Of a DNA stretch of 34,682 nt, positions 28,693 to 34,682 are shown piece by piece. Source of the stretch: a virus (taxonomy: Duplodnaviria > Caudoviricetes); the IMG/VR virus record IMGVR_UViG_3300036766_000188, positions 1 through 34,682 of that record, one strand, 5' to 3'. Made by a program: the position numbers and the translations under genes. Under the pieces are notes generated by a model. It did no database searches. It had not been told where the DNA came from and saw nothing but the letters and a program-made list of their open reading frames with translations. How positions within the stretch are numbered: position 1 is the stretch's first letter; each line of letters opens with the position of its first letter.

Positions 28693-29319
28693 TTATTTCT
28701 CCTTTTGACAATTAAAACAAACTCTCCAAGAATTCTTATTTTTTACTCCACAATTACCACAAAGCCAAAAACCTTGGTCCCAGCCAGGTTCTTTTTCTTT
28801 GGGGGAGGGTCCAATAGGTTCATAGGCGCACTTCACACAGCAGCCATAGTAAAGAATGTCTTTTTCTGTTGAAGGTCCGCCACATTGGGGACACTGTTTC
28901 GATTGTGCGCCTTTGAGAAATTCGAATAGATAACCCTGGGCGTTGAAGAGAATGGCACACAAGGATTCTTCCCGGGAAACATCAGTTATATTACCTCTAT
29001 GACACAACCAAAGTTCCATCATGTGCCTCAACAAACTTTTCATATAAACTTCTTTAGGTATGCCCTTCTGCCAGTTGTCGCTTTTTCTTATACAGCCGTC
29101 GGTTTGGACTTGATGCTTCCTCATGTATTGAGCAAAGCGTTGGAGGACAAGCGGTGAGAGGAAGCCTTCATAATCAAGTTTGTCTTTGTCCGTGTCTCGA
29201 GTTGCACCCGTTTCAAAGGTGCGAATCGGCGGGGTTGGTACAGGGTTGACTCCACTTATTCCATACAAACAACTACACTCTATTTTTCCACACATACGGC
29301 AGGGTTCAGAATGGGGCAT
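28693..29319 (-). CDS. dATP/dGTP diphosphohydrolase-like (DUF5664, MazG-like fold) protein with Zn-finger extensions
   Basis: RTFETGATRD, DNWQKGIP, SLLRH and LCAILFNA. Flanking CxxC pairs. Start 29319 follows AAAAGGAG (ORF track start 29376). Confidence 0.85.
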   Translation of the reverse strand: MPHSEPCRMCGKIECSCLYGISGVNPVPTPPIRTFETGATRDTDKDKLDYEGFLSPLVLQRFAQYMRKHQVQTDGCIRKSDNWQKGIPKEVYMKSLLRHMMELWLCHRGNITDVSREESLCAILFNAQGYLFEFLKGAQSKQCPQCGGPSTEKDILYYGCCVKCAYEPIGPSPKEKEPGWDQGFWLCGNCGVKNKNSWRVCFNCQKEK

Positions 29320-29340
29320 TTTGTTGGGCTCCTTTTCTTT

Positions 29341-29376
29341 AACAAAGAAGGTGCGCCACTTCTCACCCTGGCGCAC
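29341..29376 (-). terminator. Possible intrinsic terminator or attenuator after the SSB-like gene
   Basis: 8-bp GC-rich stem GTGCGCCA/TGGCGCAC with a 10-nt loop, followed on - by CTTCTTTGTT (weak U tract). Confidence 0.45.
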
Positions 29377-29441
29377 GAGTTGGCTTAATTAAAAGTCAAC
29401 ACTGTAAATGTTCTGTGCCACCATAATTAAGCCCCTACAAT

Positions 29442-29999
29442 TTATTCCCTAACCGCCCACGCCTTCAACACGTTCATGAACTCCCCGCTCTTATCTGGGC
29501 CGTACTTGACCTTGCACCGCAACCCGACAAACCGCTCAGGGACCAGTTGACCAGTCTGTTCGTCCAGGAACTCTGGGAAGATGGTAATGTAGCGTTTTGT
29601 GCCTTTCTTTTCCATCTTTGCCGCTCCGAGAGCAACAAGGAAGGAATCAGTAAATCCCCGAGGCGAGAAAGGCCGGCCAGTCTTGGCCTCGATAGCTTCC
29701 TTGGCTTGCTTGGAGGCCCAATACATCGTGTTGTGGAAGATAACCCGACCCTCTTGTTCGGGGTGGCCTACGATTTCCAACTGGAAACCAAGGGATTTGA
29801 ACTTGGCCTGCTGAGTATCAGGATCAACTGAGGTCATCCACCACTTAGTGGGGTCGGTGCGCTCAGCTACTTCAACGAGGTAATCTCCGGCGGGTACATC
29901 GTCCAGTTCGCTGGGTTTGTCCCAACTGGTATCGTCGCCAGGCTCGTTGCCTTCCATGGTGTTGCCGTAGTTTTCTTCTTCCTGTGCCGCTTTAGCCAT
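29442..29999 (-). CDS. Probable single-stranded DNA-binding protein (DUF669-like OB fold)
   Basis: VPAGDYLVEV, FQLEIVGHPEQEGRVIFHN and FVGLRCKVKY, next to Sak4-like and exonuclease genes. Confidence 0.7.
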   Translation of the reverse strand: MAKAAQEEENYGNTMEGNEPGDDTSWDKPSELDDVPAGDYLVEVAERTDPTKWWMTSVDPDTQQAKFKSLGFQLEIVGHPEQEGRVIFHNTMYWASKQAKEAIEAKTGRPFSPRGFTDSFLVALGAAKMEKKGTKRYITIFPEFLDEQTGQLVPERFVGLRCKVKYGPDKSGEFMNVLKAWAVRE

Positions 30000-30000
30000 T

Positions 30001-30160
30001 TGGTTTTTCCTTTTTCCTTTTTTAGTTTTTTTTTTTTTTAGTTTTTTTTTGTTTTTTTGTTTTTTTTTTTGTTTTTTAGTTTTTTTTTGTTTTTTTGTTT
30101 TTTTTTTTTGTTTGTTTGTTTGTTTGTTTGTTTGTTTGTTTGTTTGGTTTAGTTGATTGA
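30001..30160. repeat. Low-complexity T/G tract: poly-T blocks plus a (TTTG)n microsatellite
   Basis: Read directly. On - it is an A/C-rich leader of the SSB-like gene. Confidence 0.9.
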
Positions 30161-30165
30161 GTTAA

Positions 30166-30372
30166 TTAAGAAACATCCAATTCCGCAAGTTGTTGCAGAA
30201 TAAGAACCTCCTCCTCAATAGTAAGTTCTTTACTTTTCTTTTTTCTCTGGCTTTTTAACCCTCCTTCTTTTTTCGTTTTTGATTTTGATTTAGAAACAAG
30301 AGCCGTGCGCTTCTTGCCTACAAGGACTTGCAATTCGTCAATGAGGGTTTGTTTAAGTTGAGGGAAGTTCAT
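30166..30372 (-). CDS. Small Lys-rich hypothetical protein
   Basis: 68 aa, abuts the upstream stop, GAGAGG SD-like sequence. Confidence 0.7.
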   Translation of the reverse strand: MNFPQLKQTLIDELQVLVGKKRTALVSKSKSKTKKEGGLKSQRKKKSKELTIEEEVLILQQLAELDVS

Positions 30373-31269
30373 TTATTTATCAATGCCTCTTTCCCAAATG
30401 TCTTCAATTAAAGCCCAATCTTCCTTATAGTCCTCGGGCAATGTAATCGGTTCTTTAAACCTACGCGACCTATCCTTGGCTTCCCAATGTTTACCTTTGT
30501 TGAAGTTTAAAACTCGAACCTCCTTTAATTCCTGTGGTCCAGCAGCGGCTCTTAAATCCACCACCTTAACATCGGTCATTTTAGTAGGGGGCGCAGTGAT
30601 TCCCTCCAAGTGAATAAAACCTATAAGAGGGAAAAGGTCAACAATTCGAGCGTAAGTAGACCGGGCTGAACCACCAATGAAGGATGGGACCCATAGGTTG
30701 TAGGTAGTACCTTTGAAGCTGACCTGGGAATTAACTGAACGGCAAGATGCTACAAATCCTTTTCCGGCACGACGACATTCGGCCATTAGATGTGAGATGG
30801 GGGTCATGTAGTCCTTGGTGAAATTCCCCCAGGTTTTGCCCATGTCGCCTCGTCCTTGTGCGCCAGCCTCGGAAGGGTGAGTAACTCCCCATTTATCGCA
30901 ACTCACATCCCAGGACCACTCATAAGCAGCGTGTAAGTGGTCAATACAAATGTAGGCAAAATTGGGGCTTATAACTGCGAGTTTGCAATAGTCAAGAAAT
31001 TCCTTCCAGTTTTTCGGACTTACACGGTAATTAGAGTGCGCCATCATGGATTGAGAAGGGTCGCAGTCAATGTAAAGAACCTTCTCTTTCTCTTTAGTGT
31101 CTTGCTTGTCAAGGTAGTGCTGGATAGAGGCAAGTAAAGAAGAACAGCCAATCCCCGGGCCTACACCATAGACAAGCATAGCGTAGTCCTTAAGGGAGGT
31201 TTGTGCAGGTTGGCGAGTTGTGGGAAGAGTAACCGAAGAGGGCACACCCGGGCGATTTAGAAAAGCCAT
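30373..31269 (-). CDS. AAA_24 / Sak4-like recombination ATPase with degenerate Walker A
   Basis: MLVYGVGPGIGCSSL, VLYIDCD, ICIDHL, GKTWG and WEAKDRS. SD AAAGGAG. Confidence 0.8.
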   Translation of the reverse strand: MAFLNRPGVPSSVTLPTTRQPAQTSLKDYAMLVYGVGPGIGCSSLLASIQHYLDKQDTKEKEKVLYIDCDPSQSMMAHSNYRVSPKNWKEFLDYCKLAVISPNFAYICIDHLHAAYEWSWDVSCDKWGVTHPSEAGAQGRGDMGKTWGNFTKDYMTPISHLMAECRRAGKGFVASCRSVNSQVSFKGTTYNLWVPSFIGGSARSTYARIVDLFPLIGFIHLEGITAPPTKMTDVKVVDLRAAAGPQELKEVRVLNFNKGKHWEAKDRSRRFKEPITLPEDYKEDWALIEDIWERGIDK

Positions 31270-31294
31270 TTTATTGCTTTCTCCTTTTTTTTAA

Positions 31295-31528
31295 TTAAAA
31301 GTCAATAATAGACCTTATGGCCCTTTCAATATCAGAACGCAGTTGTTGCAACAACAAAAGGTCATCTGGTCGATTTGCGTTAAACCTAATTTTAAGACTA
31401 TTGAAAATTCCGTCAGTTATGTTGGGGCCCTCTTGTATTACTATGGTACAAAAGTCGCCGCAAGAGTTAAATTGTGAGGTTCTTTCTCCTGTTTTTACGT
31501 CTCCATAAACATCACTGATAATTTCCAT
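31295..31528 (-). CDS. Hypothetical protein
   Basis: 77 aa, SD AAAAGGAG. Confidence 0.75.
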   Translation of the reverse strand: MEIISDVYGDVKTGERTSQFNSCGDFCTIVIQEGPNITDGIFNSLKIRFNANRPDDLLLLQQLRSDIERAIRSIIDF

Positions 31529-31553
31529 TTTATTCTCCTTTTCCCTCTTAAAT

Positions 31554-31937
31554 TTAACTAACTAACCCCGGGCCACTAAAAACCATCATTTCCCGTGCCT
31601 GGACAATCACCCAACTCTCTTGTGTATTTATAGTAAAAGAAAACCACTGGTCTTTGTTCTCGTCAATTAAAATCCTGTCTAACACTGAATGGGCAAGACG
31701 AAAGGCGCACTCTTTACTTCCCAGCGGCATCATTTTAGTAAAGAAACTCTCTGGTTCCCCATTGTTGTTTAAGAACTCTATCTTGTTTTGTGGTTTGTCC
31801 TCTGGGGAGGATTTGAAGGTTGAGCAATAAGCGTCAATGAATTGGAGATTGGAGGTGCGCCTTTTAAGCTCTTGAAGCTCGGAGGCGTAAAGGCGTAGGA
31901 GAGTAATAGCACCAATTTCTGTTATTTTCTGTTTCAT
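31554..31937 (-). CDS. Hypothetical protein
   Basis: 127 aa, SD GGAG. Confidence 0.75.
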   Translation of the reverse strand: MKQKITEIGAITLLRLYASELQELKRRTSNLQFIDAYCSTFKSSPEDKPQNKIEFLNNNGEPESFFTKMMPLGSKECAFRLAHSVLDRILIDENKDQWFSFTINTQESWVIVQAREMMVFSGPGLVS

Positions 31938-31940
31938 TGT

Positions 31941-32159
31941 TTACTCCACACCAATGAGTTTTAAAATCCAATGATAAATTGGTGGTTGAATTAACCCTAC
32001 TACTACCCCGCAACCGAAAGAGAAAACAGACCCAGCAATAATTGCACAGCCAAGCAAAAACCCTGTGTGCCGGTCAAGCCAATCCGAGGGACGAGGTGCA
32101 AGAGGCCAACCTTGCCATTGTTGTGGGTCTTTGTATCGGTTTTTGTATTGGTTCTTCAT
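31941..32159 (-). CDS. Small membrane protein
   Basis: 72 aa, SD AAAAGGAG, hydrophobic segment GFLLGCAIIAGSVFSFGCGVVVGLI. Confidence 0.75.
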   Translation of the reverse strand: MKNQYKNRYKDPQQWQGWPLAPRPSDWLDRHTGFLLGCAIIAGSVFSFGCGVVVGLIQPPIYHWILKLIGVE

Positions 32160-32304
32160 TTGCTTGTTTCTCCTTTTCCTTTATTTTCTTTTTAAAAGAA
32201 GGCCCGGGGTGTTTTAACGTTGGATTTAAGGGCCGGAGCCTCCGGGCAACCCAACGGCTCTTCAAGGAAGGGAATACTTGAGGAGCAATTTGTGTTTTAT
32301 TCAT
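32074..32304 (-). CDS. Possible small basic protein
   Basis: ATGA coupling to the upstream gene, but it overlaps the downstream gene by 86 bp. Confidence 0.45.
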   Translation of the reverse strand: MNKTQIAPQVFPSLKSRWVARRLRPLNPTLKHPGPSFKKKIKEKEKQANEEPIQKPIQRPTTMARLASCTSSLGLA

Positions 32305-32519
32305 TTAACTTTAACCACCACGCCGTCTTTCAACACCGCTTGTGCATACCACTTGTGGGGTTCTGGATAATGTGGGCCTTCTAAGTAAACCGTGCCGGTG
32401 AAGTTAGAAAGGTTAGGACCTAATCCTAATCCGGGTTGGTAACACTGCACTACTTCTCCACTTGCTACAGCGTCTTTTAACGCCTTTTTGGTTTTGTAAT
32501 TTGTGCAAGTGTAGGCCAT
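32301..32519 (-). CDS. Small phage hypothetical protein
   Basis: NYKTKKALKDAV...LEGPHYPEPHKWYA, SD AAGGAGG. Confidence 0.85.
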   Translation of the reverse strand: MAYTCTNYKTKKALKDAVASGEVVQCYQPGLGLGPNLSNFTGTVYLEGPHYPEPHKWYAQAVLKDGVVVKVK

Positions 32520-32524
32520 GTTGT

Positions 32525-32728
32525 CTATCTACCCTCCTTTTTAGACCAATTAAAACTTCTACTCATGTTCCTTTTCTTTTCCGTGTCCGTCATCTGCACT
32601 TTACAAAGTGCGCCCATCGTCCTCGTTTTTAATAATTCCTTGACTTCATTTATCAACGCCTCGGTTACTGTCTCCGGGGCTTTGATATTCAACACCACAT
32701 AGCGAGGTTTGTAGATTGAGGGGTTCAT
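32525..32728 (-). CDS. Hypothetical protein
   Basis: 67 aa, SD AAAAGGAG. Confidence 0.75.
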   Translation of the reverse strand: MNPSIYKPRYVVLNIKAPETVTEALINEVKELLKTRTMGALCKVQMTDTEKKRNMSRSFNWSKKEGR

Positions 32729-32754
32729 TTTTTTTTCTCCTTTTCTTTTAAACT

Positions 32755-33030
32755 TTAAATTTGAAGGGTTAACTTACTTAATATTTTACCGGTATTGTCC
32801 CACATGTCTGCTAAAGTATTTTCGTTTGGCTGTGGCCAATACTCCCTAAGATAATTGGCTTTTAAATAACATACTTGCTCTATTGCTTCTATTACTGTAT
32901 ATACACAATTCTCATCAATTAGTTTTTCTATTTCTTCAACTAATATATCAAACCGAGCTTCTTCCTCTTTAGAGGACACTTGCGCTTCAATCATACTATC
33001 AGTTACGCCAGGAGGTAGATTACTTAACAT
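32755..33030 (-). CDS. Hypothetical protein
   Basis: 91 aa, SNLPPGVT N-terminus of a type common in early phage genes, SD AAAAGGAG. Confidence 0.8.
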   Translation of the reverse strand: MLSNLPPGVTDSMIEAQVSSKEEEARFDILVEEIEKLIDENCVYTVIEAIEQVCYLKANYLREYWPQPNENTLADMWDNTGKILSKLTLQI

Positions 33031-33112
33031 TTTATTCTCCTTTTCTTTTCTTTTATTTTCTTTTCTTTTTAATCCTTTTCTTTTCTTTTCTTTTCTTTTC
33101 TTTTTACTCCTT
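33031..33112. repeat. (TTTTC)n pyrimidine tract, (GAAAA)n on -
   Basis: Read directly. Intergenic, contains two AAGGAG and one AAGGA on -. Confidence 0.85.
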
Positions 33113-33119
33113 TTAATAC

Positions 33120-33596
33120 TTAATCCATGTTTAAAGAAGCAAGAAAGGCTGAAATCGTTGATTCATCCAGGGGCTTGCTTTGCACTCTTAGAGTGCGCCT
33201 TTTGCCTCGGCCAAAACTTGAATCTCGGGGTGCGCCCCTCACAACTCCATCCTTGTCTTTACTAAACCTCCCAATTGCTTCGGCCTCAAGCCGTTGACGT
33301 TCAATCCTTGCTTGCAAGTCGTCGCCTTTTTCTCTTAATGAACGGCGCCACGCTCTTACCCTAACCTCAGTTTCAACTTCATCGAACCGTTGTTTTGCTT
33401 CGAGGTATTCTTGAAGTTTCTGTTGACGCACTTTTATAAGTGCATCTTGAGGTAAATCCGAGTAAAGACCAGAGGGGCAATCGTCGGTGGTTTTTGTTGG
33501 TTCTTTTTCCATTTCAACCACCTTTCTTTGCACTTCCTTTTCAACCATTTCCTTTTCAACCACTTGCACTTCTTCTAAGTGCGCCTCTTGGTTCAT
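33120..33596 (-). CDS. Charged coiled-coil hypothetical protein
   Basis: 158 aa, SD GAGGAGG, short VVEKE-type repeats. Confidence 0.8.
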   Translation of the reverse strand: MNQEAHLEEVQVVEKEMVEKEVQRKVVEMEKEPTKTTDDCPSGLYSDLPQDALIKVRQQKLQEYLEAKQRFDEVETEVRVRAWRRSLREKGDDLQARIERQRLEAEAIGRFSKDKDGVVRGAPRDSSFGRGKRRTLRVQSKPLDESTISAFLASLNMD

Positions 33597-33598
33597 AA

Positions 33599-34066
33599 CT
33601 AACCCTCCTCACGTTCCTGAGTGTTGTTAATTAAAGAAGTCAAACTTGATATTCTGCGCTCTTCAAACTGCCGAATAAATTCCTCCATTGCCTTGTCTTC
33701 TTCCTTTTGTTTAGCCAACCGTCGTTCTTCCTTGCACTTCCTTGCGTAAGCCATTTTTTCTTTAATACCTTTTTGCACTAACCGCCTTTCCTTTCTTATT
33801 TCTTTTAAGGACTTTCCTTTTTCTTTCATGGCCTTTCTATCCACTAACCCCGCTGGACGTGTATCTCCAAAGAATTCAACATAGCGCCCACCTTCCTTAA
33901 AAATAACCTTTTTTAAATTGCGCCGGTTCCGTGCGTATTTAGCGGCACAAGTTTTATGTTGTGCAGTACCATCATCATAAACAATGACTAAATTACCGTA
34001 ACAATCTTTTTCTGAAAGACAGAAACGGCAAATTGGGGGTTTTACTGGTGTGTTGGTGTTATTCAT
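33599..34066 (-). CDS. Basic hypothetical protein with N-terminal Zn finger
   Basis: CRFC...HKTC. ATG at 34066 or 34081. Confidence 0.75.
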   Translation of the reverse strand: MNNTNTPVKPPICRFCLSEKDCYGNLVIVYDDGTAQHKTCAAKYARNRRNLKKVIFKEGGRYVEFFGDTRPAGLVDRKAMKEKGKSLKEIRKERRLVQKGIKEKMAYARKCKEERRLAKQKEEDKAMEEFIRQFEERRISSLTSLINNTQEREEG

Positions 34067-34073
34067 TGGTTTT

Positions 34074-34247
34074 TTATCCATGCTGTTTTTGCTGCGCTCG
34101 TAGAGCTAAAACAGCAATGCGCCTTTCTTTTGTGTGCCAGGCATTACGACATTTATCGCAACAAAATTTACTCCAAGGTTTAGGGGGAGTAAATAACTCA
34201 AGACACCATTTGCAAATTCGGGTTTCTATTTCTTTTTCTTTAAACAT
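34074..34247 (-). CDS. 57-aa treble-clef-like Zn-finger protein (not in the ORF track)
   Basis: Hand translation MFKEKEIETRICKWCLELFTPPKPWSKFCCDKCRNAWHTKERRIAVLALRAQQKQHG*. AAAGGA upstream. Confidence 0.8.
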   Translation of the reverse strand: MFKEKEIETRICKWCLELFTPPKPWSKFCCDKCRNAWHTKERRIAVLALRAQQKQHG

Positions 34248-34252
34248 TTTGG

Positions 34253-34333
34253 TTTTTTATCCTTTATTTTTATAGATTTTTTATCCTTTATTTTTATATA
34301 TTTTTTATCCTTTATTTTTATAGATTTTTTATC
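34253..34333. repeat. About 3.4 x 24-bp tandem repeat TTTTTTATCCTTTATTTTTATA(G/T)A
   Basis: Units at 34253, 34277, 34301 and a partial unit at 34325. Confidence 0.92.
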
Positions 34334-34391
34334 TGCATTTTTCTGGCCTATTTATTTGATTTTCCCGGTGAATTGTTCTCATTCATAATTA

Positions 34392-34420
34392 AAGATAACA
34401 TGGCAGGCCATGAATGTCAA
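34392..34420 (-). promoter_or_regulatory. Sigma70-type early promoter
   Basis: TTGACA-17 bp-TATCTT with extended -10 TGn, pointing into the early arm. Confidence 0.8.
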
Positions 34421-34682
34421 GGACTTTTTGGGATGTAAAAAAATTTTTTTTCATATACAGTATATGGCATTCACATTTATAGGCTCGCATAGGCGATTTT
34501 GTCTATTTTTTAGTAATTCGCATCTATTTTGGCCTGCGTTTCGTATATATGTTTTTCATTTTTTAATGAAATATAGGCAGAGCGCGCCTTTCCAGATTTC
34601 AATATAGTTTACATATATAGAACACATTTTTTGATTGATTTTTTCCTGGCTGGCTCGGGCGCGATGAAATGAAAAAAAAAAA

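Larger units (their letters stand above)
1..34682. mobile_element. Tailed dsDNA bacteriophage (podovirus-like), probably a near-complete genome lacking the 5' part of the terminase region
   Basis: Terminase-portal-scaffold-capsid-adaptor-nozzle-ejection gene order on +, replication and early genes on -, no tape-measure or sheath gene, no host housekeeping genes. Confidence 0.95.

Noticed and set aside
23329-29319. 2-aminoadenine (Z) genome pathway
   Set aside because: No PurZ-like gene in the window, and DUF5664 plus PolA is not sufficient evidence
34253-34333. Possible mini-CRISPR array, given the Cas4-like gene
   Set aside because: Repeats are contiguous with no spacers, there are no other cas genes, and Cas4-like nucleases are common phage recombination exonucleases
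117-34607. Many antisense or out-of-frame ORFs in the track (e.g. 117..497, 3041..3514, 13402..13875, 17791..18222, 34410..34607)
   Set aside because: Nearly all are shadows of well-supported genes, without SD or recognisable motifs; 34410..34607 overlaps the promoter and non-coding region
1-34682. Stop-codon reassignment
   Set aside because: Standard code gives dense, intact ORFs, and TAA, TAG and TGA all end genes
34672-34682. Terminal poly-A run
   Set aside because: At the window edge, probably a homopolymer at a contig break, so not interpretable

Overview
The whole window looks like most of the genome of a tailed dsDNA phage with a podovirus-like gene set. No host genes, integrase, tRNA, rRNA or CRISPR array were seen. 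It has two convergent arms. The + strand (1-20719) is morphogenesis: the 3' part of the terminase large subunit, portal, an M23 peptidase, scaffold, major capsid protein, two paralogous adaptor proteins, a 1576-aa nozzle/tail protein, a tail-collar fibre and three probable ejection proteins. The - strand (34420->20768) starts at a near-consensus sigma70 promoter. It runs through small early genes, a Sak4-like AAA protein, an SSB-like protein, a DUF5664-type dNTP diphosphohydrolase, a Cas4-like nuclease, a ParB-methyltransferase fusion, a uracil-DNA-glycosylase/PolA fusion, a double HTH protein, a TSCPD protein and a DUF3987-type helicase. The most striking unexplained signal is the non-palindromic motif GGCGCA(C/G). 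I hand-counted 56 copies of GGCGCA, 35 of them GGCGCAC, in both orientations and several reading frames. Other highlights are a primase-less replisome with a His762 PolA, a G-free A/C leader before the SSB gene, a candidate -1 frameshift and several nested in-frame starts. All family assignments come from motif recognition by eye; no searches were run.
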